From Nannocystales bacterium (GTDB lineage: Bacteria > Myxococcota_A > Polyangia > Nannocystales > Nannocystaceae), in assembly GCA_050633305.1 (NCBI GenBank), contig JBOEGF010000007.1, positions 32,001-96,000 of the forward strand: a DNA stretch of 64,000 nt, written 5' to 3'. The translations under genes were made by a program, and so were the position numbers. Of the stretch, positions 47,753 through 56,555 are shown one piece after another (within the stretch, counting starts at the first letter, position 1; each line of letters begins with the position of its first letter). The notes under the pieces were generated by a model. That model saw only the letters and a program-made list of their open reading frames with translations, did no database searches and was not told where the DNA came from.

Positions 47753-49790
47753 CGTCGGCGAGCAGGGCCAGCGCGATCACGGTGCTCCCCAAGCTGCCCA
47801 GAACGGCCAACGGAGGGAAGGCGCTGAGGGTGTTCACGGCGAGTCCGGTGGTCAGCACCGCAGAGGTCACGGCGATCGCCAGGCCCCGGGTCGCGACCGC
47901 ATGTGTTGCCGCGGCTGCAGGGTCGGCGCCTGCGGAGCGAGCTCGAACGAAGCCGGCCAAGATATGCAGCGTGTCGTCGACCGCGATGCCAAGGGCGACG
48001 GTGAGAATGACGGCCCCGATCGGGTCGAGCTCCAACGCGGCGAGACCGACCAGTGCGTAGCCGAGCAGGAGTGGCAGAATGTTGGGCAAGAGGCTACGCA
48101 GCGCGAGGCCTGCCGAACGCAGAAGGCCGCCGATCAGGATCACCACCACGAGCAAGACACCCCCGAGGCTGACGCGCAACGCGTCGGTGATGCGGTTGAC
48201 CCCGCGGTACGCGACCGATGCCGTCCCGGTGGTGCGTGCGTCCAGGCCAAGCTCGAGCAGCGCAGCGTCGGCATCTTCCTCGAGTCGCGCGAAGGCTCGC
48301 CCGCCCAGATCCGGGACGTGGACGACCAGGCGTGCCCACCGATCGAGGGTATCCGGCGGTCGGACCGCTCGAACATTGGGCAGGGCGCTGAGCGCACGAT
48401 GGGCCGTGGAGAGTTCGGGAGCATTCGCGGACCACGGGGTCGCGGACTCGAGTTCGACTTCGAGGGTGAGCGTTCCTCCCAGTTCGTCGTCGAGGAGGTC
48501 GGCCGCCTCGCGCACCGGGTGGTCCCCTCGCAACAACGCGCCAAGGTGGTTGTCGACCACGACGCTCCGTGCCGCGGGGATGCTCCCGAGGCTGAGGCCC
48601 AGCGCGACGGCGAGCACCCAGGTTGGCCGCCGGGTGCAGGCCTGGGCGAGGCGGCGCAGACGAGCGGAACCCTCAGGATCACCCGCTCCGACATCGACAT
48701 GGGAAAGCACCACCGGGAGGAGGGTCAGGACGACCGCGTAGCTTCCCGCAACCCCGAGCGCTGCCCACAGGCCGAAGGCCCGCAGAAGCGGCAGTTCGGC
48801 GACGAGCATGGAGGCGAAGCCGACCGCGGTGGTGACGGTGGTCAGCAGGCACGCAAACCCGACGTCGTCAAAGGCCTCCTCCAGGACGGCTCGACTCGTG
48901 GCGGGCAGGTTCAGCGCGGATGCGACCGCGCGCACACGAAACACGACGTGCACGGTGTCGGCGACCGCGATGATCGGAAGCAGCGTGAACAGGGCCTGGG
49001 TCAGGAGCCCGACGGGCGAGTCGGTGGCGCCCATCAGCCCGGCGAGGAGCAGGGGCGGAATGCCAGCGCCCACGGCTGCGACCCACGCGACCTGGGCCCT
49101 TCGGGTTGCGAGCCACAGCCCCGCGACCGCGATCAGCAGCGCGAGTGGGCCGAGGCGGGACTGGTCCTGGACGGTGAGCTCGAAGAACGCCGCTCGAATC
49201 GCAGGCACGCCGGCCAGCTCCAACGTGACGCCATCGTGCGGGGCCCGGAGGGCTTCTCGGACCTGGCCGACCACGTCCACAGCTGCGGCCAAGTCGTCGG
49301 TGCTGTCGTGGAGGGTGACCGAGACGACCGCGTTGCGATGATCACGGCTCAGCAGGAGCGGCACCGCATCACTGGCATCGAGCGCGAGCCGAGCCAGGGC
49401 GCGCTCCGGCTCGTCGGCGTCGTCCCAGCGTTGCGCGAATCCTTCGTGTGAACCGGGGGAGTGAAGCGAAGCGAGGGACGTGGTCGAGGCGACGGCGTCG
49501 GTTGCCAACAGCTGCTCCTCGATGTCAGAGAGCGTGGCCAGGCCGGGTGAGGTGAGCAGGTCGGCCTGCGAGCGTACGACCACGGCGAGCGTGCGGTCAT
49601 CGGGGCCCCAACGGTCGGTGAACGCCTCGAGTTCCGACACCGGTTCGGCATCGTCGCCGTAGAACGCCGTCGACGAGAAATCGACCCGGAGTTGAAGGAT
49701 GCCCAGCGCTGCGGTGGCGACGACGCATGCCCACACAACCCCCGCGACGCGCGGGTGTTGGAGCACAGTTCGGACGACCCGCGAGATCAC
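47655..49790 (-). CDS. MMPL/RND family transporter
   Basis: Two repeats with AVADTVH and GIAVDDTLH, TTAVGF; polytopic. Confidence 0.88.
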   Translation of the reverse strand: MISRVVRTVLQHPRVAGVVWACVVATAALGILQLRVDFSSTAFYGDDAEPVSELEAFTDRWGPDDRTLAVVVRSQADLLTSPGLATLSDIEEQLLATDAVASTTSLASLHSPGSHEGFAQRWDDADEPERALARLALDASDAVPLLLSRDHRNAVVSVTLHDSTDDLAAAVDVVGQVREALRAPHDGVTLELAGVPAIRAAFFELTVQDQSRLGPLALLIAVAGLWLATRRAQVAWVAAVGAGIPPLLLAGLMGATDSPVGLLTQALFTLLPIIAVADTVHVVFRVRAVASALNLPATSRAVLEEAFDDVGFACLLTTVTTAVGFASMLVAELPLLRAFGLWAALGVAGSYAVVLTLLPVVLSHVDVGAGDPEGSARLRRLAQACTRRPTWVLAVALGLSLGSIPAARSVVVDNHLGALLRGDHPVREAADLLDDELGGTLTLEVELESATPWSANAPELSTAHRALSALPNVRAVRPPDTLDRWARLVVHVPDLGGRAFARLEEDADAALLELGLDARTTGTASVAYRGVNRITDALRVSLGGVLLVVVILIGGLLRSAGLALRSLLPNILPLLLGYALVGLAALELDPIGAVILTVALGIAVDDTLHILAGFVRARSAGADPAAAATHAVATRGLAIAVTSAVLTTGLAVNTLSAFPPLAVLGSLGSTVIALALLADVTLLPALLVWPRWPSEAPAPHTGSGSQATGPH

Positions 49791-49880
49791 ATCGCGATGG
49801 TAGAGCGCATCCATTCTCGACGCCATGCGGCGCCGAGATGGATGCAAGGGGACTTGATTGTGAGTCTGGTGAGGTCCGGG

Positions 49881-50819
49881 CTAGACGATCTCGATCTCGT
49901 GCGTGATCGGTTTCCCCTTTCGCGACAGGGTGACATGCACGTTGGAGGCGCTGCGCAGCAGCGGAAGCAGAGCCAGGGCGTCGTCGATCGAGTCCAGCGG
50001 TTTTCCCCCAACCTCGGTCAGGACGTCGCCGTTCCGTAGCCCAAGCTCGTGGGCGAGCGTGCCCCGCCGGACTCCGGCGAGCTTGAAGCCGCCGCTCGAG
50101 GGAAAGGCCCGAAGGCCCCCGAGTTTGCTCGGATTGGACAAGACCTCCTGGATGACCGAGCGCTCGATGGTGCAGTGAGAGCCGGCGTCACACTTGACCC
50201 GGCCGGCGAGGGCCGAGGGGGGGTTGGAGCTGCTCGCGCCTGTTGGTTTTCGAGGTCGGGCCTTGGGGGGGGCCGGTGCCTCGGCCGGAGCGCCGACCTG
50301 CAGGACTCCGGTCGCGGCTCCCCTGGCATACGTGATGTGTCCAGGACCGATCGCCGCCAAGACGACTCCCGGCCCCAGCGCGTCGCCAAGCCCTGCGGCC
50401 CAAGTTCCGCGCAGTGGGTCGTAGACAGTGGCCAACGAGTGCTCCGGGTTGGTCGACTCCATCGTGGCGAGGATCTGCACGGCGGGCGGTGTTGTCGTCG
50501 CAAGTGCGGCAGGTGGAGGCGCACCCGGCGTGGTCTCTGTAGGAGGCGGCGGGCAGTCGTCGCAGAACGGGTTGTGCCCGAGAATCGTCGTGACCGCCGC
50601 CTCTCGGGCCCGTCTCCGCCGCTGTAGCTCGCCGTCCTCGTGGTCGGCGACGCTGGGGCTCTCCTCGTCCTCTTCGGCCAGCGCCCGGGCGGCGAGAGGG
50701 TTCGCGGGCTCAACCTGGTACAGGGCGCCGGTCCCTGCCGCAGTTGCGGTTGCGGACGCAAACAACCCAAGTGCGAGGGCGACTCCGCCAAGTCGGGCCA
50801 ACAACATCCACGTTCGCAT
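49881..50819 (-). CDS. GspC-like protein with PDZ domain
   Basis: N-terminal TM, HNPF, LATM, ERS.I..VL, GFKL..VRRG, LGLRNGDVL. Confidence 0.75.
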   Translation of the reverse strand: MRTWMLLARLGGVALALGLFASATATAAGTGALYQVEPANPLAARALAEEDEESPSVADHEDGELQRRRRAREAAVTTILGHNPFCDDCPPPPTETTPGAPPPAALATTTPPAVQILATMESTNPEHSLATVYDPLRGTWAAGLGDALGPGVVLAAIGPGHITYARGAATGVLQVGAPAEAPAPPKARPRKPTGASSSNPPSALAGRVKCDAGSHCTIERSVIQEVLSNPSKLGGLRAFPSSGGFKLAGVRRGTLAHELGLRNGDVLTEVGGKPLDSIDDALALLPLLRSASNVHVTLSRKGKPITHEIEIV

Positions 50820-51049
50820 GGTCCGGTACCAGTGCACGGGTGGACCCAAGCGCGGTCTCAATGTGATCCTGCAGACTTGGCGTCTCGATGCCGGTCGGTC
50901 CCCGACAGCCTGTCTCGTCGTCTCGAGGCCTGTGCCGATTCGTCACCCGTGTTGAATCGCGAGGGCGGCCTTCCGCCATAGGAAGGTGTCTGGTGGTGGC
51001 AGTCGCCCTCGACGTTGGACTTCGGCGGTCGACTGCTAGGGTCTGGGCG

Positions 51050-51493
51050 ATGGAGTTCGTGCACGCGAGCGTCTTTGAAGCGTCTGTCGAGGCCCTGTTC
51101 GCGTTTCACGAACGCGCGGACGTCTTCGAGTTGCTGATGCCGCCGTGGGAGCCGGTGCGCAACGTGCAGCCGGCGCCCTCTCTCGAAGTGGGGGCGGTGG
51201 CGCGGCTCGAGCAACGACTCGGTCCGATCTGGATCGAGGTCGTCGCGGAGCATGTTGCCTACGAGAAAAACGCGCTGTTCGTGGATGAGATGCGCAAGGG
51301 CCCGTTCGCATTGTGGCGGCATGAGCACCGCTTTGAACGCCACCGCGACGGCTCGCGGTTGGTCGACGCGATCACCTACGCCCCACCGCTGGGGGTTCTG
51401 GGTCGCATGGCGGCGCCATGGGTCGTGGTCCCACGGCTGCGGAAGATGTTCGAACACCGCCACCGCGTGACTGCAAACGCTCTCGCGTCCTAG
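51050..51493 (+). CDS. SRPBCC family protein
   Basis: LFAFH, L.PPW, FVDEMRKGPF..WRHEHRF, MF.HRH. Confidence 0.88.
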   Translation: MEFVHASVFEASVEALFAFHERADVFELLMPPWEPVRNVQPAPSLEVGAVARLEQRLGPIWIEVVAEHVAYEKNALFVDEMRKGPFALWRHEHRFERHRDGSRLVDAITYAPPLGVLGRMAAPWVVVPRLRKMFEHRHRVTANALAS

Positions 51494-51533
51494 AACGCTT
51501 GCGGATCGGACGCGCGCGGGCCATACCCGACCC

Positions 51534-52199
51534 ATGAACCGTGCGCTCATGCTCTTGGTGCTTCTGTCCGCCTGTGACTCCGGCACGGAGGGGCCCGAGA
51601 AAAAGGCGGGCGCGGCCAAGGTTGTGGCGGCCAAAGCCGATGACCCGAAGGCGGCGGCGAAACCCGAGGCCCAGGCCAACTCCAACGCCCCGAAGGCCGC
51701 CCAAGCGGAGGGCCCGGTCCTCGACCATACGGTCAAGACGATCAAAGGGGAGGACAAGAGCCTGGCCGACTTCCGTGGCAAGGCCTTGTTGGTGGTCAAC
51801 ACCGCATCCCAGTGCGGCTACACGCCTCAGTACGAAGGCCTTCAGGAACTCTATGCCAAGTACAAGGCTCGAGGCTTTGAGGTCCTTGCGTTTCCGAGCA
51901 ACGACTTTGGCGGGCAAGAGCCGGGATCCGAGGACGAGATCGCCGGTTTCGTCGACGAAAAGTACGGCGTGCAGTTCCCGATGTTTGCCAAGGTTGCGAC
52001 CAAGGGCGAAAGCAAAGCGCCGCTGTTCACCACGATTACAGAGCAGACTCCCGAGGGCATCAAGGGGGAGATCAAGTGGAACTTCACCAAGTTCCTCGTG
52101 GACCCCTCAGGCCGCGTGATCGCGCGTTACGAGTCCAACGTCGACCCGATGGACACCGACCTCACGGCGCAGCTCGAGGCTATTCTTCCCTCGGCCTAG
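51534..52199 (+). CDS. Glutathione peroxidase family lipoprotein (Cys-type)
   Basis: LSA-C lipobox; VNTASQCGYT, FPSNDFGGQEP, WNFTKFL. Confidence 0.92.
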   Translation: MNRALMLLVLLSACDSGTEGPEKKAGAAKVVAAKADDPKAAAKPEAQANSNAPKAAQAEGPVLDHTVKTIKGEDKSLADFRGKALLVVNTASQCGYTPQYEGLQELYAKYKARGFEVLAFPSNDFGGQEPGSEDEIAGFVDEKYGVQFPMFAKVATKGESKAPLFTTITEQTPEGIKGEIKWNFTKFLVDPSGRVIARYESNVDPMDTDLTAQLEAILPSA

Positions 52200-52200
52200 C

Positions 52201-52585
52201 GGAACCCCGCTTCAACCGAGGGCGACCGCTGGCCAAGACGCCTGCGACCCTGACAACCACAAGCGTCCCTTCATCATCGAGTGGGACGCCACAGACATGT
52301 CGAGCTTCGCTGCAAGCTGTCCGTCGTGGAGGAGGGCCGCAGCGAGAGCTTCCGAGGGGCGCAGGGCTCGTATCTGCCCCCGGAGTGGACCTCCGGATCG
52401 CTCGAAACCATCGACATCAGCTACGAGGGCGAGTTGTACGCGAAGCTTCCCCTGGGCAGCGCTTCGCTCGGTGGGCGCGTCAGCGGGGGAGAGAATACTT
52501 CGCCGCACAAGGGGCGGTGGATGCCAAAACGATCGATACCGTCGTGAAGGTGGACTTGGACAAGTACTGCGGCGGGCAGCGCTCA
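52201..52585 (+). pseudogene. Deleted and frameshifted relic of a myxobacterial secreted-protein gene
   Basis: Protein-like pieces in three frames: RPFIIEWDATDMSSF / CKLSVVE...GELYAKLPLGSASLGGRVSGGE / EYF...VKVDLDKYCG. Confidence 0.5.
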
Positions 52586-53842
52586 GGTGCGCCGTCTCGC
52601 GGCGAGCAGCACCAAGAACAGCCACAAAGCGGAGGGGGTCGGTGCATCGGCTCTGCAGTCGCAGTCTCCCCCGAACGGGTCGAAGGGATCTTCGCCCGGA
52701 GGGATCGTTTGCCGATCGAGTACGGCGTCCGGAGGAAGGTCGCCGTCCTCGTCGTCCCCGGTGCTTCCGAAGGCTAGGGTTTCTCCTTCGGTTTCCCACC
52801 CTTCGGTGTCGGTTTCTGTCCCTCCGTCGGTCTCCTCGGTCGAGTAGACGATCAGTTCCAGGATGTCGGTCGTGGTCGTGTTTCCGGCGGCATCGTAGGC
52901 GACGGCCTCAAAGTGGTAGGTCCCCGGCGGGGCTCCGGTCACCTCCCACGAAAACGGGGCAGCATCGTCGGCAGCGACGAGTTCTCCGGCTGCGAGGAGC
53001 TCGACCGCGACGACACCATCGTCATCATTGGCATCGACGGCGAGGACAAACGGTTCGCCCGCCGCGAACTCGTCACCGGACTGGGGTGCTGTGAATCGCA
53101 CGGACGGTGGGCTCATGTCCGCCGGCCGGGGACCGACGAATCGCATCAGCTCGGCATGGCCATTTTGCTGGTCGGCATAGCCGCAGGAACCCTCGTGTTG
53201 TTCCGTGCAGAGGATGCCGATTCCGGCCGCCTCGACGACCGGGTGGCACGTGTTCGTGAAGCCTGGGTCTCCGCCGTTGTTGTACGGGTACATCAGGTCG
53301 GCATCGTCGTCGACGTGCTCCAGACCATACGAGTGCGCGATCTCTTGGCTGACCGTCGTCGCGGTGGCGGCCGCCGTGAAACCGTCGTCGGCGTGATGGA
53401 ACGCGAACACGATATTGTTCGACGTCCAACTGTTGGCGCAGTCGAGCAGTGCAATCCCGAGCGACCCGTCGGTGAAGTTCGTGGGACCCACCATGACCAT
53501 CGTGTAGTCACCGGTGGTCGGTCTCGTGTCGGTGATCGTGGCGTTGAACGGGAGCCAGTCCTGACGCACAGCCTGCATGATCGCCGTCTGCTTCGGGCCG
53601 TCTCCGTACGCGTCGAAGGTTCCTTTCCAACCGATCAGGGTCCCGTTGTTGCGGGCGTCCTCCGCGTTGTCGTTGAGCACCGCGCCATCGAAGTTGAGGA
53701 ACAGCGTGGCTGGGACCGGGCCAGCCAGCTGGGGCCGGTTGATCTGTCCGAGGGCGGAAGCGGGCGGGAGACGGGGAGCTGCGCGGTACGGACGATCCGC
53801 GAGAGGCGGAGTCGTCGAGAGCGCGAGCGCGAGCACCAGCAT
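52583..53842 (-). CDS. Metzincin-like protein with Ig-like (Big) domain and MYXO-CTERM-type tail
   Basis: QEIAHSYGLEH and LMYP Met-turn; tail GGDCDC...LWLFLVLLAARRR. Confidence 0.8.
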   Translation of the reverse strand: MLVLALALSTTPPLADRPYRAAPRLPPASALGQINRPQLAGPVPATLFLNFDGAVLNDNAEDARNNGTLIGWKGTFDAYGDGPKQTAIMQAVRQDWLPFNATITDTRPTTGDYTMVMVGPTNFTDGSLGIALLDCANSWTSNNIVFAFHHADDGFTAAATATTVSQEIAHSYGLEHVDDDADLMYPYNNGGDPGFTNTCHPVVEAAGIGILCTEQHEGSCGYADQQNGHAELMRFVGPRPADMSPPSVRFTAPQSGDEFAAGEPFVLAVDANDDDGVVAVELLAAGELVAADDAAPFSWEVTGAPPGTYHFEAVAYDAAGNTTTTDILELIVYSTEETDGGTETDTEGWETEGETLAFGSTGDDEDGDLPPDAVLDRQTIPPGEDPFDPFGGDCDCRADAPTPSALWLFLVLLAARRRT

Positions 53843-53994
53843 GACTCGGACTTCGTCCGTCTGGGCCGCTTCTGCAGCCCGCAGCGTCGACCACGGCGCG
53901 CGGATGGGCGACGCGGCCCACATCGTGCCACCGGCTCGTCCGAACCCGAGCAGGGAAGCGCTCCGCGACGAAACCATCCTGCTACTGTGGATCC

Positions 53995-54720
53995 ATGGAT
54001 CGGGTGCAGTTTCAGGAGGCGTTGCTCGATGTGATGGAGCGAAAGGTGCACTGGGCGTGGCCGAGCTTTACCTCCGGGAAGGTTGCCGCCAGCCGTCTGC
54101 ACATCCACCTCGAGCAGGAGTACGCCGTCTACATTCGGGACTTTGCACAGCTGCTTGGACGCGCGTACGTGCGATGCCCGGTTGGCGCGGTCCGTCGGGA
54201 GTTGGCCGAGAACCTGTACGAAGAGGAGACCGGGCGCCTCACACGAGGAAGGCCGCATGCCGAGTTGTTCTTGGAGTACCCGCGCGGGTTGGGTATGGAT
54301 CTCGCCCGCTTTGAAGCGGTCGAACTCCTCCCCGAGGCTGCGAGCTACCGCGCGACGCTGGACGAACTGACGAACGAGCACGGCTGGGAGACGGCGACCG
54401 CAGTCACGACGATCTTCGTCGAGGGGACTCCGTTTGAACGCGGGGAACTCGATGCCTCGAAGCCCAAGCGCCCCGAGCCTCCGCTCGAGGACCACCCGCT
54501 GGTGAAGCACTATGGCCTCCCGCTCGAGGCGTTGGAGCTGACCAAGGTCCATCGGGAGGTCGAGGGCGAGCATCGCGCCTCGGCGTGGCACATCATTTTG
54601 GATCATGTAGGGGCGGACGCGCGCGCCGCTGCTGTGGCCGGGATGGAACGCGCCCTCGCGGATTGGTCACGATACCGGGACGCCGTGGCCGTGGCGTGCG
54701 GCCTGAGCCGCGCGGCGTGA
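53995..54720 (+). CDS. Heme-oxygenase-like diiron enzyme (CADD/PqqC/TenA superfamily)
   Basis: ENLYEEETG..HAELF, FVEG, HREVEGEH. Confidence 0.8.
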   Translation: MDRVQFQEALLDVMERKVHWAWPSFTSGKVAASRLHIHLEQEYAVYIRDFAQLLGRAYVRCPVGAVRRELAENLYEEETGRLTRGRPHAELFLEYPRGLGMDLARFEAVELLPEAASYRATLDELTNEHGWETATAVTTIFVEGTPFERGELDASKPKRPEPPLEDHPLVKHYGLPLEALELTKVHREVEGEHRASAWHIILDHVGADARAAAVAGMERALADWSRYRDAVAVACGLSRAA

Positions 54721-54799
54721 GGTCGTACGATGCGCTCTCGCCAGGCCGGTTGCCGCCGTGTCTGTGGATGTCGTAGGGTCGTTGCAGGAGTCCTTGTCC

Positions 54800-55942
54800 A
54801 TGATGCGATGGTGGTTGATGGGGTGTGCGGGCCTGCTTTGCGTGGCTTGCGATGATGGCGCGGCAACGAGTTCGGGCGGTGGGTCGTCCTCCGCAGGCGA
54901 AGCAGAGGCGGGGACCAGTGACCCGCAGCCGACGACGGCGCCGACGGGCGTCGACACGCAGGACTCCAACTCGGGCAACTCGGACCCGACGGACCCGACA
55001 GACCCGACGGACCCGACGGACCCCACCGCGGACGACTCGGGCAGCGAGAGCTCCTCGTCCACGACCGGAGAGCCGGGCGATACGGTGGTTCGGTTTATCG
55101 CGCTGGGCGATGGCGGCGAGGGGAACGACGGCCAATACGGGGTGGCCGATGTTGTCGAGCAGGTCTGCGCGGAGCGCGGTTGCGAGTTCGCGCTGTACTT
55201 GGGGGACAACTTCTATGACGTCGGCGTCGACTCCTCGATGGACGTCCAGTTCCAGGACAAGTTCGAGCTGCCGTATGCCGATCTCGACCTCCCGTTCTAC
55301 ATCACGCTTGGCAACCACGACTACGGCACGCTGGGCAACGAGTGGTTCAAGAGTCAGGCGCAGATCGACTACTCGCAGTTCAGCGACAAATGGACGCTGC
55401 CCAACGAGTGGTACGCGTTCGAGGCGGCGCACGTCACGTTCGTCTCGATCGACTCCGCACAGCTCTTCTGGAACCACAACGTCGGCGACCAGAGCGAGTT
55501 TCTGCAGGGCGTTTTGGCCGCGAGTGACAGCCAACACACCGTTGTGTTCGCGCACCATCCGTACATCTCCAACGGCCGGCACGGCAACGCCGGGAACTAC
55601 GAGGGCGTGTCCTTTGTCCCGATCGTCAACGGCGAGAACATCGAGGACTTCGTCAACGACGAGGTTTGCGGCAACGTCGATGTGTACTTCAGCGGTCACG
55701 ACCACAACATGCAGTGGCACCCCACGACCTGCGGGACGAACTTCATCGTCAGCGGTTCGGCGGCCAAGAACACCGACTTCGAGAATCGGGACAACAACCC
55801 GCCGGTGCTGTACCAAGACGATCAAACGCCCGGCTTTGCTTGGGTTGAGATCGACGGCTCCACGATGACCATGGCCTGGTACGACATGAACAACGCGGAG
55901 ACGCCCAACTACGAGAACTCGATCGAGCTCGGTGGCGGCTGA
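54800..55942 (+). CDS. Metallophosphoesterase (purple acid phosphatase-like) lipoprotein
   Basis: CVA-C lipobox; GD.G, GDNFY, GNHD, HHP, GHDH. Confidence 0.9.
   Translation: MMRWWLMGCAGLLCVACDDGAATSSGGGSSSAGEAEAGTSDPQPTTAPTGVDTQDSNSGNSDPTDPTDPTDPTDPTADDSGSESSSSTTGEPGDTVVRFIALGDGGEGNDGQYGVADVVEQVCAERGCEFALYLGDNFYDVGVDSSMDVQFQDKFELPYADLDLPFYITLGNHDYGTLGNEWFKSQAQIDYSQFSDKWTLPNEWYAFEAAHVTFVSIDSAQLFWNHNVGDQSEFLQGVLAASDSQHTVVFAHHPYISNGRHGNAGNYEGVSFVPIVNGENIEDFVNDEVCGNVDVYFSGHDHNMQWHPTTCGTNFIVSGSAAKNTDFENRDNNPPVLYQDDQTPGFAWVEIDGSTMTMAWYDMNNAETPNYENSIELGGG
54983..55027 (+). repeat. 9-bp tandem repeat x5 encoding (DPT)5
   Basis: gacccgacg gacccgaca gacccgacg gacccgacg gaccccacc. Confidence 0.85.
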
Positions 55943-56555
55943 GCCGCTTGCACGGGAATTCTTCGCGCGCGATGTCGTTGACGTCGCGCGCGATTTGATT
56001 GGGCGGACCCTGCACCACGAGTCGGTGGTTCTTCGGATCACCGAGACCGAGGCATACAAGTGGCCTCCCGACACGGCTTGTCATGCGAAGACGGGCCCAA
56101 CCGCGCGCAACCAGCCGCTGTTCGGTCCACCCGGCCGTGCGTACGTCTACCTTTGCTACGGCATCCACAATCTGCTCAACCTGGTGACGGGCGAAGACGG
56201 CCAAGCGCAGGCGGTCTTGATTCGGGCGTGCGAACCCGTGGATGGACTGGACGTGGTGACGACGCGTCGGGGCGGGCGCCGTGGCTCGACGCTGCTCGAT
56301 GGGCCCGGAAAGGTCGGCCAAGCGTTGGCGCTCGACACGAGCTGGTCCGATCACGACGTCACCACGAGGTCGGGGCTCGAGGTCGGCCCCGGATCGCCGC
56401 CTGCCGCACTGCTGGTGGGGCCGCGAATCGGTATCGACTACGCGTTGCCCGAGCACCGCGAGCTGCCCTGGCGGTTTGCGGAGGCTGACTCACGTTGGGT
56501 CGGCCACCGCCGGAGCTTGCGTCCGCTGGGCGCAGCCGCGACGATGCCGCCATGA
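55932..56555 (+). CDS. mpg: DNA-3-methyladenine glycosylase (MPG/AAG family)
   Basis: RITETEAY, YVYLCYGIH, AVLIRA, GPGK, PRIGI, PWRF. Confidence 0.93.
   Translation: MAAEPLAREFFARDVVDVARDLIGRTLHHESVVLRITETEAYKWPPDTACHAKTGPTARNQPLFGPPGRAYVYLCYGIHNLLNLVTGEDGQAQAVLIRACEPVDGLDVVTTRRGGRRGSTLLDGPGKVGQALALDTSWSDHDVTTRSGLEVGPGSPPAALLVGPRIGIDYALPEHRELPWRFAEADSRWVGHRRSLRPLGAAATMPP

Noticed and set aside
51800..51830. Selenocysteine in the glutathione peroxidase
   Set aside because: The active-site codon is TGC (Cys).
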